A stretch of 64,000 bases of DNA from Eledone cirrhosa (Eukaryota). How positions within the stretch are numbered: the stretch's first letter is position 1; the number at the start of each line of letters is the position of its first letter. The notes below the pieces were generated by a model. The model was not told the DNA's origin. It did not search any database and saw only the letters and a list, made by a program, of their open reading frames with translations. This document shows positions 1-12,600 of this stretch, one piece after another. The DNA lies in the NCBI GenBank assembly GCA_964016885.1, contig OZ024758.1, positions 22,692,001 to 22,756,000 on the forward strand, in the 5' to 3' direction. Both the position numbers and the translations under genes were made by a program.

Positions 1-209
1 TTTTAATAGTCAAGAAGGGGTCGATAAAATAAAGTACCAGTAATACACTGATGTAATTGCTGGCCTTATGCCTAAAGTAGAAACATAATCAGCAATAATG
101 ATTTCTTATTTCAGGACAATGACACACACTTGTAGAAAGAGTGTTAAAATCAATCGAATTAATTCTGTATTCCATTAACACCTTTTTATGTATGTATTTA
201 TTTATTTAA

Positions 210-545
210 CTCTTTAGTATTTAAACTGGCCATATCTGGCCAGAATTCTCTCACCTCTTTCTGTCCAAACTGACTGCAACCAGTCGCTCATACTGACATT
301 AAGGTATTGTACTCAAAATAAATAATATCAAAATGTCAGGTTTGATATCATGTGAAATAATTATCTAAGGTAGAGCCTTTACCACGAAAATATAATTGTT
401 TCTACTTTTGGCACAAGGCCAGCACTTACCCAGTGCATTACTGGTACTTTATTTTATCAACCCCGTAAGGATGAAAGGCAAAGTTAACCTCAACAGGAAT
501 TTTGAAAATATAATAGTATATATAGAGTAATGTAATGCTAAAGGG
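210..545. mobile_element. piggyBac-like MITE containing a SINE fragment (~393-505)
   Basis: TTAA-CTCTTTAG...CTAAAGGG-TTAA. Homologous to 930-1253. Confidence 0.7.
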
Positions 546-929
546 TTAATTTACCAATCCCAGAGAGATGACAAGCAAAGACAAGCCTGCTTAGATTTCA
601 ATAATACAGCACACAGATATCTTAGCCAAAGGTTAAGAAGATATAACAAAAGTAATGATTTCTTCTTAATGCTGGCCCAAGGCCACAAATTTAGAGGACA
701 TAGACAGTGAAGATTGATTCAACTCAAATGTATAAATTGTTCTTATTTTATTTGTTCTAGAACAGTGAAAAGAAGTCAAACTTCGTGGGATTTCAACTGA
801 ATGTAAAAAGAATGTAACTATATACTGCAATGGATTTAGTTCAGCATTCCACCATTTTTGCCATTATATTAATTTCTAGCTTTAGTAACTAGGTTACACA
901 TTAGTGGAGAATGAATACAATTGACTTAA

Positions 930-1253
930 CCCTTTAGCATTTAAACCTGCCATATCCAACCAGACTTTTCTCACCTCTTTCTGTTTAAATCAGCCATATT
1001 TGGTTAGAATTCATTCACCTCTTTTTGTTTAAATTAGCCATATTTGGTTAGAATTCTTTCACCTCTTTCTGTTTAAGCCAGCCATATCTGGTCAGAATTC
1101 TCTCAGCTCTTTCTGTTTAAACTGGCTATAAATGGTTTATGGTATTGGAATCAAAATAAATAATATCAAAATCTCAGATTAGATATTATGTGAGGTAAAC
1201 CCTTTACCATGAAAATACAATAGTATATATAGAGTAATGTAAATTCTAAAGGG
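930..1253. mobile_element. piggyBac-like MITE
   Basis: TTAA target on both sides, CCCTTTAG...CTAAAGGG termini, and internal ~45-bp repeats. Confidence 0.8.
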
Positions 1254-1535
1254 TTAATACCAGAACTTTACTGATATTTGAACCTAGAGGAATGAGACTG
1301 AATATTACAGGAGAGTTTCCCCCAGGGCTTTACTGAATCTGTCACTCAACTACCCAACTCTACACATTATTTCTAACACTGGCACAAGGCTACAAAGGTT
1401 TTTAAAAGAATATTAATGAAATTAAATCTATCTTTGTAAATCTGTATATTGATAGATTTACAAATACAGGTTATTAATATGACAGGACCTGCTGGGAGGA
1501 TTGTTTGAGGACTCTGTCCTCCATACCATCCCAGG

Positions 1536-1722
1536 GAGGAGAAGAAGAGGGAGGAAAAGGAGAAGTGGGAGAAGAAAAAAGAAAAAGGAAAAAAAAGAAG
1601 AAAAAGGAGAACAAAGAAGAAAAAGGAGAACAAAAAAAGAAAAAAAGAAAAAAAGAAAAAAAGAAAAAAAGAAAAAAAGAAAAAAAGAAAAAAAGAAAAA
1701 AAGAAAAAAAGAAAAAAACAAA
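1536..1722. repeat. Purine/A-rich tract (GAAAAAA)n
   Basis: Direct inspection. Confidence 0.9.
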
Positions 1723-2338
1723 ATCAGGTGTCTTGAACAAACTAATAGTAACAAAGTTTGATATGAGAGATCACTTTAACCTTCCACGTTTCAAAATACA
1801 ATTGACTATAAATAGTCAACTACTTGCCTCTACACACTTAATATGTCTTTACATACACACTTAATCACATCTGTGACAACCATCACCACACACACACACA
1901 CTAGCTCTCACCAGCTAACTGTTGCTAGATCATAACTTACTCTCCCAATCCATCTAAACAGCTTTTTTGTTTTCATCGAATATAAAATCGACATTAACCA
2001 ACAAGGCCATGTAAAACTCATAAAATATTAATTGTTTATAACCATATTTGAGAAGATAACTGCCTAATATTTTATATATATATATTTTATATATATAGTA
2101 ATAATCGTTTCTACTTTAGGCACAAGGCCAGCAAATACCCAGTGCATTACTGGTACTTTATTTTATCGACCCCGTAAGGATGAAAGGCAAAGTCAACCTC
2201 GGCAGTAATAATAACAATAAATGCGAAGACTAAAATCCAAAGAGGTCTCGATAAGGATAAATATATATCAAATATATAAGAACTCTAGAGCAAATATTTA
2301 TTAAAATAACAGATTAAAGTTTAAGCAAAGAATCGCTG

Positions 2339-2680
2339 TCCCTCATCATCGCTGTCATGTCCTGCATCTCCAAGAAACCTGTGTCTGTCCTTAAGGAATC
2401 AACATATAACAACCTCGGTCTCCCTCTTCCAGTGTGTCCATGCAGGGTCTCCCACAGGAGCACAGAGTGCAATGTCAACTCTGGATGTCGGTGAGCATGT
2501 CCAGCTAACCTCAGCCTCCTCTGTGTCACTTTTGAGCTGACTTTTGGGAGGCTCCCGTACAGCTCTGAGTTCTTCATCCTCAGTGAATACTGATTAATGT
2601 TCAGAGCCATCCTCAGCATTCTCGTGTAACACCCATCCAACATCTGAGTGAGTTTCTTGGTCAGTGTCCAAAAACTCATT
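2339..2680 (-). pseudogene. RTE-group LINE ORF C-terminal fragment
   Basis: WTLTKKL..LDGCYTRMLRMALNI..RRLRLAGH..LLW..RGRPR..YVD pattern. Confidence 0.8.
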
Positions 2681-2718
2681 AGTTTCATGCTTTATATTGG
2701 AAAGAGGAAAGAAAGTTT

Positions 2719-2747
2719 GATGTGTCGGACTTAAAGCCCTTCATCAG
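2719..2747 (-). ncRNA. Degenerate hammerhead-like core
   Basis: CTGATGA-A-GGGC(TTTAA)GTCC-GACA-CATC. GAAA is mutated to GACA. Resembles the core at 56884. Confidence 0.45.
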
Positions 2748-2808
2748 GAGTACAAATAGAGAGAGGATCACAACGGAGAAACAGAAAGAAAGCCCAGTAA
2801 AGACACAA

Positions 2809-2841
<33 letters not shown>

Positions 2842-2997
2842 AAGAGGGAGTACACTGGAAGGTAATATCCGTAGTGGTAGAGCACTCAGTCCATGGGACG
2901 TGTTAGGTAGAAGTCCATTACAAGCTGAGGATCCGCTAAGGTGAAACAATTGTTTTCGGTATGGTGAACTAACTGTTTTGTAACCACTTATATTTTA

Positions 2998-3028
<31 letters not shown>

Positions 3029-3064
3029 AGTATTAATAAAATAGATGTTCTTTTGATCAATTAC

Positions 3065-3117
3065 ATTTTATTATACATATTTCGGATGTACAACAGTACG
3101 TCCTCATCAGACAAAAT
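3065..3117 (-). ncRNA. Minimal type I hammerhead ribozyme (mirror copy)
   Basis: Reverse complement of 3241-3293. Confidence 0.8.
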
Positions 3118-3240
3118 ATAATGATACATGACATACCCTGAGATGTTAAATGGTTAAGATTTAATCAAGGTAGTCTACTATCTACTACCTTGATTAAATC
3201 TTAACCATTTAACATCTCAGGGTATGTCATGTATCATTAT

Positions 3241-3293
3241 ATTTTGTCTGATGAGGACGTACTGTTGTACATCCGAAATATGTATAATAAAAT
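3241..3293 (+). ncRNA. Minimal type I hammerhead ribozyme
   Basis: ATTTTGT-CTGATGA-GGACGTAC(TGTT)GTACATCC-GAAA-TATGTA-TA-ATAAAAT. Stem I is ATTTTGT/ATAAAAT, stem II has one mismatch, and the triplet is AUA (predicted cut after 3286). Confidence 0.8.
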
Positions 3294-3425
3294 GTAATTG
3301 ATCAAAAGAACATCTATTTTATTAATACTTATATTTTAATATTAATAACTCCTGAAAATTATTTTTTTCGTTGAGTGCTTCCAATCTACTGTAAAACTAA
3401 TTCTTTGACATAATCATTGAATATT

Positions 3426-3517
<92 letters not shown>

Positions 3518-3800
3518 GTGGGTGGGTGGGTGTGTTTCATCAGACAAATGAACAAAAATAAGTAGACAGTGACTGCGTGGAAATAGACTAAAAGTTGTTG
3601 CGGAAAGTGAGATGATTTCCCGTCATCGGTGATTTGAACTGAATGACATAAATAACATGAGAGGGAGAGAGAGTTGATAGATAGATAGATAGAGAGAGTG
3701 GGAGAAAAAAAAAGAGAGAGAGAGAGAGAGAGAAGATATAGAAACCTGCTCCCACGCTCCCTATCACTCCTTGCCTGTCTAGCACCCCCCATATATATAT

Positions 3801-3957
3801 ATAACGAAGGAAATGTGGTAAGGAACCAGGTGGACCATAACGCACCAAAGTACTCAATACTGAGGGTAGTAGAGTGGGTAATAGGAACGAGTAGGACCCC
3901 AACGGCCGAATTAGCCGTCGAAACGGCTTGAGCTCAGCCGCCGGGGTCCTACTCGTT

Positions 3958-3963
<6 letters not shown>
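3801..3963. mobile_element. Short hairpin element inserted in (TA)n
   Basis: Near-identical copy at 60074-60237. GC-rich hairpin at 3881-3963 and GTACTCAATAC at 3850. Confidence 0.75.
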
Positions 3964-4013
<50 letters not shown>

Positions 4014-4424
4014 AATATAAATTAGCGAGAATCGTATTTCAGCTTAGGAATTAACGAAAAACAACTTCCGGGATGTGTGGCAAGCGCTCGATGATTCAGA
4101 TGAATCAGAGCTACAACATACGTTAAAGGCCAAACACACTGAGATGATCGTTAAACAAAACATCTGCACAGCCAAAGAAACGACCAAGTAATTCGGGTCA
4201 AACAAGAAAAGCAACAATAACATTGTGAGCCATTGTTAACAGCAATGCCTAGCAACCTCTCACCTAGTATACTAAAATTATCGATCAATATAAAACTTCA
4301 TTCAGCTGCTTCGGGTTTTATTTACTAACAGCTAACCTTGGATAACATGAGAAGAGATAGGACATCATGGCACCGAAACATGGACCACCATATTAAGAAA
4401 CTTTGGACAATCTCAAACTACAAA

Positions 4425-5230
4425 TAATAATTGTTTCTACTTTTGGCACAAGGCCAGCAATTATCCCAGTACATTACTGGTACTTTATTTCATCGACCCC
4501 GTAAGGATGAAAGGCAAAGTTAACCTCGGCGAGATTTGAACTCAGAATGGCAAGGGCCGTATGTAACTATGCGTCAAAGCATGGCGTCCGACCCTCTACC
4601 GCCCAAATAATAATAATAATTGTTTCTACTTTTGACACAAGGCCAGCAATTACCTCAGCGCATTACTGGTACTTTATTTTATCGACCCTGTAAGGATGAA
4701 AGGCAAAGTTAACCTCGGCAAAATTTGAACTCAGACGAGGTTAACATGAATAATAATAATAGTGATTTCTACTATAGGCACAAGGCCATCAATTTTGCGG
4801 AAGGGGAAAGTCGATTAAATCGACCCAGGTGCATTACTGGTACTTTATTTTATCGACCCCCAGTTAACCCGAGCAGGATTTTGAAATAATGGTTTCTGAT
4901 GTAAGCAAAAGGCCAACAATTTTGGGGGAAGGGAAAGTCGATTTAAAAAAACTCCAGTGCATTACTGGTACTTTATTTTATCAACCCCGTAAGGATGAAA
5001 GGCAGAGCTAACCTTGGTGAGATTTGAACTCAGAACGTAAAGAGCCGTAACTATGCGGCATAGTCTACCGATTCTGCCAATCCATAATAATGGAATAGTT
5101 TCTAATTTAGACACAAAGTTAACAACATCGGGGAGGGGGAAAATCGATTATGTCGACACTAGTACTTGGTGATACTTTATTTTATCGATCCCAGCTGGAT
5201 GTAAGGTAAAGTTAACCTGAACAGGATTTA
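4425..5230 (-). mobile_element. Cluster of about five full or partial SINE family A copies
   Basis: Repeated TTGTTTCTAC...CACAAGGCCAGCA...TTACTGGTACTTTATTTTATCGACCCCGTAAGGATGAAAGGCAAAGTTAACCTCGGC...TTTGAACTC (B-box on the minus strand) with (AAT)n tails. Other copies at ~15-90, 2100-2205, 59373-59472 and 61700-61835. Confidence 0.8.
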
Positions 5231-6169
5231 GTAATACTACAACAGAAAGAACGGGATGCTTTCTAAACAAGTCAATATATAACATCAATATTTTATACTA
5301 GTGAAGAAGATAGTTAAAATGGGAGAGAGCAATGCCCGCACAATCATATTTATTTATTTAAGAAAACATAGCAATGATAACATATATCAAGCTTGTTGTT
5401 TTGTTTAAGGCAAGAAATTAGGACAGCCATACAAACAAACAAACAAACAAACAAACAAACCTTAGCCATTAGAATTAACACCCCCATCCAGAGTGCCACT
5501 GATGAAGTGATATATATATATATAGTAATAATAATAAATTTGAAGACTAAAATCCAAAGAGGGTTCGATAAGGATAAATATATATCAAATATATAAAAAG
5601 CGTAGAGCAAATATTTATTAAAATAACTTTAATCTATTATTTTAATATATATATAAACGACATAGGAACTGCGCCATATTATTCTAACACGAATTAAATA
5701 AATATTTATCCATTTAAAATTCCAATGCCAAAAATCTGACGGAAATTTAACGATTTAAACTATGTAAAAAATAAAACATAAATGAAAGGATCTTTGCAGC
5801 GAAGTACAGTCGATAGAACGGTACATTAAATTACATATATGATAATCTAAAGTGGAGATCTACGTCTCTTATTCCAAAAATAACACACTTATATGACAGA
5901 GGTCGATAAAAATAGAGTTTGTACTATATACTGTATAGTGGTCATCAGATTCTTGTGACCACCCACCCACTTACTAACAAAACCTAGCTTATCCTTCTGG
6001 TAAAAATTGGCTTTTCCCAACCTACGCTACCATTATGGCTAATAAAATACAGCCACGTCAGAGATGTGCTTGAAGATACTTCAACAAAACGAAATGTAAA
6101 TAAACTTGACACTTCAACACGAAAATCTAACCTTCAGCTGCAGTTGAAGGTTTCAGATAGAACTTTATT

Positions 6170-6515
6170 TCCGTCACCATCACCACCGCCGTCGTCGTCA
6201 TCATTATCACCACCACTACCGTCATCATCACCTCCACCATCATTATCACCACTATCACTCATCACCACCACAACCATCGCCATCACCACTATCACCGCCA
6301 CCATCATTATCACCCTCATCACCACCACAACCATCGCCATCACCACCACCATCATCACTATCACCCTCATCGCCACTACCATCACCATCGATAACCACCA
6401 CCACCATCATTATCACCACTACTGTCACCACCATCATTATAACCACTATCACCCTCATCCCCACTACCATCACCATCGATCACCAACACCACCACCATCA
6501 TCACCATAACTACTA
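6170..6515. repeat. (CAC/CAT)n low-complexity tract
   Basis: Direct inspection. Confidence 0.9.
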
Positions 6516-6628
6516 CTATGTCGACTCCGATCGGCCGAAAGACATTTAAAGTAAATCATTCGAACTTTTTTAAAAATGTCGTCGAGTTGATTTCGATTTT
6601 TACTTTCTCCAGTAATTCCCTCACACAA

Positions 6629-9600
6629 TATTTGCTGTACACTGTAGAAGTGTTAAGTGTGATAGGGAGTGTGACCATTTGCTGTACACTGTAGAAGTGT
6701 TGTGTGATAGGGAGTGTGCCCATTTGCTGTAGACTGTAGAAGTGTTGTGTGTGATAGGGAGTGTGACCATTTGCTGTACACTGTAGAAGTGTTAAGTGTG
6801 ATAGGGAGTGTGACCATTTGCTGTACACTGTAGAAGTGTTAAGTGTGATAGGGAGTGTGACCATTTGCTGTACACTGTAGAAGTGTTAAGTGTGATAGGG
6901 AGTGTGCCCATTTGCTGTAGACTGTAGAAGTGTTGTGTGTGATAGGGAGTGTGACCATTTGCTGTACACTGTAGAAGTGTTGTGTGATAGGGAGTGTGAC
7001 CATTTGCTGTACACTGTAGAAGTGTTGTGTGTGATAGGGAGTGTGACCATTTGCTGTACACTGTAGAAGTGTTGTGTGATAGGGAGTGTGACCATTTGCT
7101 GTACACTGTAGAAGTGTTAAGTGTGATAGGGAGTGTGACCATTTGCTGTACACTGTAGAAGTGTTGTGTGTGATAGGGAGTGTGACCATTTGCTGGACAC
7201 TGTAGAAGTGTTAAGTGTGATAGGGAGTGTGACCATTTGCTGGACACTGTAGAAGTGTTGTGTGATAGGGAGTGTAACCATTTGCTGTACACTGTAGAAG
7301 TGTTGTGTGATAGGGAGTGTGACCATTTGCTGTACACTGTAGAAGTGTTAAGTGTGATAGGGAGTGTGACCATTTGCTGTACACTGTAGAAGTGTTAAGT
7401 GTGATAGGGAGGGTGACCATTTGCTGTACACTGTAGAAGTGTTAAGTGTGATAGGGAGTGTGACCATTTGCTGTACACTGTAGAAGTGTTGTGTGTGATA
7501 GGGAGTGTGACCATTTGCTGTACACTGTAGAAGTGTTGTGTGATAGGGAGTGTGACCATTTGCTGTACACTGTAGAAGTGTTAAGTGTGATAGGGAGTGT
7601 GACCATTTGCTGTACACTGTAGAAGTGTTGTGTGTGATAGGGAGTGTGACCATTTGCTGGACACTGTAGAAGTGTTAAGTGTGATAGGGAGTGTGACCAT
7701 TTGCTGTACACTGTAGAAGTGTTAAGTGTGATAGGGAGGGTGACCATTTGCTGTACACTGTAGAAGTGTTAAGTGTGATAGGGAGTGTGACCATTTGCTG
7801 TACACTGTAGAAGTGTTGTGTGTGATAGGGAGTGTGACCATTTGCTGTACACTGTAGAAGTGTTGTGTGATAGGGAGTGTGACCATTTGCTGTACACTGT
7901 AGAAGTGTTAAGTGTGATAGGGAGTGTGACCATTTGCTGTACACTGTAGAAGTGTTGTGTGTGATAGGGAGTGTGACCATTTGCTGGACACTGTAGAAGT
8001 GTTAAGTGTGATAGGGAGTGTGACCATTTGCTGGACACTGTAGAAGTGTTGTGTGATAGGGAGTGTAACCATTTGCTGTACACTGTAGAAGTGTTGTGTG
8101 ATAGGGAGTGTGACCATTTGCTGTACACTGTAGAAGTGTTAAGTGTGATAGGGAGTGTGACCATTTGCTGTACACTGTAGAAGTGTTAAGTGTGATAGGG
8201 AGGGTGACCATTTGCTGTACACTGTAGAAGTGTTAAGTGTGATAGGGAGTGTGACCATTTGCTGTACACTGTAGAAGTGTTGTGTGTGATAGGGAGTGTG
8301 ACCATTTGCTGTACACTGTAGAAGTGTTGTGTGATAGGGAGTGTGACCATTTGCTGTACACTGTAGAAGTGTTAAGTGTGATAGGGAGTGTGACCATTTG
8401 CTGTACACTGTAGAAGTGTTGTGTGTGATAGGGAGTGTGACCATTTGCTGGACACTGTAGAAGTGTTAAGTGTGATAGGGAGTGTGACCATTTGCTGGAC
8501 ACTGTAGAAGTGTTGTGTGATAGGGAGTGTAACCATTTGCTGTACACTGTAGAAGTGTTGTGTGATAGGGAGTGTGACCATTTGCTGTACACTGTAGAAG
8601 TGTTAAGTGTGATAGGGAGTGTGACCATTTGCTGTACACTGTAGAAGTGTTAAGTGTGATAGGGAGGGTGACCATTTGCTGTACACTGTAGAAGTGTTAA
8701 GTGTGATAGGGAGTGTGACCATTTGCTGTACACTGTAGAAGTGTTGTGTGATAGGGAGTGTGACCATTTGCTGTACACTGTAGAAGTGTTAAGTGTGATA
8801 GGGAGTGTGACCATTTGCTGTACACTGTAGAAGTGTTAAGTGTGATAGGGAGTGTGACCATTTGCTGTACACTGTAGAAGTGTTAAGTGTGATAGGGAGT
8901 GTGACCATTTGCTGTACACTGTAGAAGTGTTAAGTGTGATAGGGAGTGTGACCATTTGCTGTACACTGTAGAAGTGTTAAGTGTGATAGGGAGTGTGACC
9001 ATTTGCTGTACACTGTAGAAGTGTTAAGTGTGATAGGGAGTGTGACCATTTGCTGTACACTGTAGAAGTGTTAAGTGTGATAGGGAGTGTGACCATTTGC
9101 TGTACACTGTAGAAGTGTTAAGTGTGATAGGGAGTGTGACCATTTGCTGTACACTGTAGAAGTGTTGTGTGATAGGGAGTGTGACCATTTGCTGTACACT
9201 GTAGAAGTGTTAAGTGATAGGGAGTGTGACCATTTGCTGTACACTGTAGAAGTGTTGTGTGATAGGGAGTGTGACCATTTGCTGTACACTGTAGAAGTGT
9301 TGTGTGATAGGGAGTGTGACCATTTGCTGTACACTGTAGAAGTGTTAAGTGTGATAGGGAGTGTGACCATTTGCTGTACACTGTAGAAGTGTTAAGTGTG
9401 ATAGGGAGTGTGACCATTTGCTGTACACTGTAGAAGTGTTAAGTGTGATAGGGAGTGTGACCATTTGCTGTACACTGTAGAAGTGTTAAGTGTGATAGGG
9501 AGTGTGACCATTTGCTGTACACTGTAGAAGTGTTAAGTGTGATAGGGAGTGTGACCATTTGCTGTACACTGTAGAAGTGTTAAGTGTGATAGGGAGTGTG

Positions 9601-12600
9601 ACCATTTGCTGTACACTGTAGAAGTGTTAAGTGTGATAGGGAGTGTGACCATTTGCTGTACACTGTAGAAGTGTTAAGTGTGATAGGGAGTGTGACCATT
9701 TGCTGTACACTGTAGAAGTGTTAAGTGTGATAGGGAGTGTGACCATTTGCTGTACACTGTAGAAGTGTTAAGTGTGATAGGGAGTGTGACCATTTGCTGT
9801 ACACTGTAGAAGTGTTAAGTGTGATAGGGAGTGTGACCATTTGCTGTACACTGTAGAAGTGTTAAGTGTGATAGGGAGTGTGACCATTTGCTGTACACTG
9901 TAGAAGTGTTGTGTGATAGGGAGTGTGACCATTTGCTGTACACTGTAGAAGTGTTGTGTGATAGGGAGTGTGACCATTTGCTGTACACTGTAGAAGTGTT
10001 GTGTGATAGGGAGTGTGACCATTTGCTGTACACTGTAGAAGTGTTAAGTGTGATAGGGAGTGTGACCATTTGCTGTACACTGTAGAAGTGTTGTGTGATA
10101 GGGAGTGTGACCATTTGCTGTACACTGTAGAAGTGTTGTGTGATAGGGAGTGTGACCATTTGCTGTACACTGTAGAAGTGTTAAGTGTGATAGGGAGTGT
10201 GACCATTTGCTGTACACTGTAGAAGTGTTGTGTGATAGGGAGTGTGACCATTTGCTGTACACTGTAGAAGTGTTGTGTGATAGGGAGTGTGACCATTTGC
10301 TGTACACTGTAGAAGTGTTGTGTGATAGGGAGTGTGACCATTTGCTGTACACTGTAGAAGTGTTAAGTGTGATAGGGAGTGTGACCATTTGCTGTACACT
10401 GTAGAAGTGTTAAGTGTGATAGGGAGTGTGACCATTTGCTGTACACTGTAGAAGTGTTAAGTGTGATAGGGAGTGTGACCATTTGCTGTACACTGTAGAA
10501 GTGTTAAGTGTGATAGGGAGTGTGACCATTTGCTGTACACTGTAGAAGTGTTAAGTGTGATAGGGAGTGTGACCATTTGCTGTACACTGTAGAAGTGTTA
10601 AGTGTGATAGGGAGTGTGACCATTTGCTGTACACTGTAGAAGTGTTAAGTGTGATAGGGAGTGTGACCATTTGCTGTACACTGTAGAAGTGTTAAGTGTG
10701 ATAGGGAGTGTGACCATTTGCTGTACACTGTAGAAGTGTTAAGTGTGATAGGGAGTGTGACCATTTGCTGTACACTGTAGAAGTGTTAAGTGTGATAGGG
10801 AGTGTGACCATTTGCTGTACACTGTAGAAGTGTTGTGTGTGATAGGGAGTGTGACCATTTGCTGTACACTGTAGAAGTGTTAAGTGTGATAGGGAGTGTG
10901 ACCATTTGCTGTACACTGTAGAAGTGTTAAGTGTGATAGGGAGTGTGACCATTTGCTGTACACTGTAGAAGTGTTAAGTGTGATAGGGAGTGTGACCATT
11001 TGCTGTACACTGTAGAAGTGTTAAGTGTGATAGGGAGTGTGACCATTTGCTGTACACTGTAGAAGTGTTAAGTGTGATAGGGAGTGTGACCATTTGCTGT
11101 ACACTGTAGAAGTGTTAAGTGTGATAGGGAGTGTGACCATTTGCTGTACACTGTAGAAGTGTTGTGTGATAGGGAGTGTGACCATTTGCTGTACACTGTA
11201 GAAGTGTTGTGTGATAGGGAGTGTGACCATTTGCTGTACACTGTAGAAGTGTTGTGTGATAGGGAGTGTGACCATTTGCTGTACACTGTAGAAGTGTTAA
11301 GTGTGATAGGGAGTGTGACCATTTGCTGTACACTGTAGAAGTGTTAAGTGTGATAGGGAGTGTGACCATTTGCTGTACACTGTAGAAGTGTTAAGTGTGA
11401 TAGGGAGTGTGACCATTTGCTGTACACTGTAGAAGTGTTAAGTGTGATAGGGAGTGTGACCATTTGCTGTACACTGTAGAAGTGTTAAGTGTGATAGGGA
11501 GTGTGACCATTTGCTGTACACTGTAGAAGTGTTAAGTGTGATAGGGAGTGTGACCATTTGCTGTACACTGTAGAAGTGTTAAGTGTGATAGGGAGTGTGA
11601 CCATTTGCTGTACACTGTAGAAGTGTTAAGTGTGATAGGGAGTGTGACCATTTGCTGTACACTGTAGAAGTGTTAAGTGTGATAGGGAGTGTGACCATTT
11701 GCTGTACACTGTAGAAGTGTTAAGTGTGATAGGGAGTGTGACCATTTGCTGTACACTGTAGAAGTGTTGTGTGTGATAGGGAGTGTGACCATTTGCTGTA
11801 CACTGTAGAAGTGTTAAGTGTGATAGGGAGTGTGACCATTTGCTGTACACTGTAGAAGTGTTGTGTGATAGGGAGTGTGACCATTTGCTGTCCACTGTAG
11901 AAGTGTTAAGTGTGATAGGGAGTGTGACCATTTGCTGTACACTGTAGAAGTGTTAAGTGTGATAGGGAGTGTGACCATTTGCTGTACACTGTAGAAGTGT
12001 TGTGTGTGATAGGGAGTGTGACCATTTGCTGTACACTGTAGAAGTGTTAAGTGTGATAGGGAGTGTGACCATTTGCTGTACACTGTAGAAGTGTTGTGTG
12101 ATAGGGAGTGTGACCATTTGCTGTACACTGTAGAAGTGTTAAGTGTGATAGGGAGTGTGACCATTTGCTGTACACTGTAGAAGTGTTAAGTGTGATAGGG
12201 AGTGTGACCATTTGCTGTACACTGTAGAAGTGTTGTGTGATAGGGAGTGTGACCATTTGCTGTACACTGTAGAAGTGTTAAGTGTGATAGGGAGTGTGAC
12301 CATTTGCTGTACACTGTAGAAGTGTTAAGTGTGATAGGGAGTGTGACCATTTGCTGTACACTGTAGAAGTGTTGTGTGTGATAGGGAGTGTGACCATTTG
12401 CTGTACACTGTAGAAGTGTTAAGTGTGATAGGGAGTGTGACCATTTGCTGTACACTGTAGAAGTGTTGTGTGATAGGGAGTGTGACCATTTGCTGTACAC
12501 TGTAGAAGTGTTAAGTGTGATAGGGAGTGTGACCATTTGCTGTACACTGTAGAAGTGTTAAGTGTGATAGGGAGTGTGACCATTTGCTGTACACTGTAGA

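Larger units (their letters stand above)
3021..3337. mobile_element. Palindromic hammerhead-bearing element (Penelope-like inverted repeat) between (TA)n tracts
   Basis: 154-bp inverted arms at 3021-3174 and 3184-3337 with a 9-nt spacer. Each arm has a hammerhead core. Confidence 0.8.

Noticed and set aside
4015-4425. Possible LINE 3' remnant
   Set aside because: Only a faint RDRTSW-like motif, too decayed to call.
6655-6670. TCCCTATCA resembling a tet operator half-site
   Set aside because: A 9-bp match only, with no palindromic operator and no vector context.
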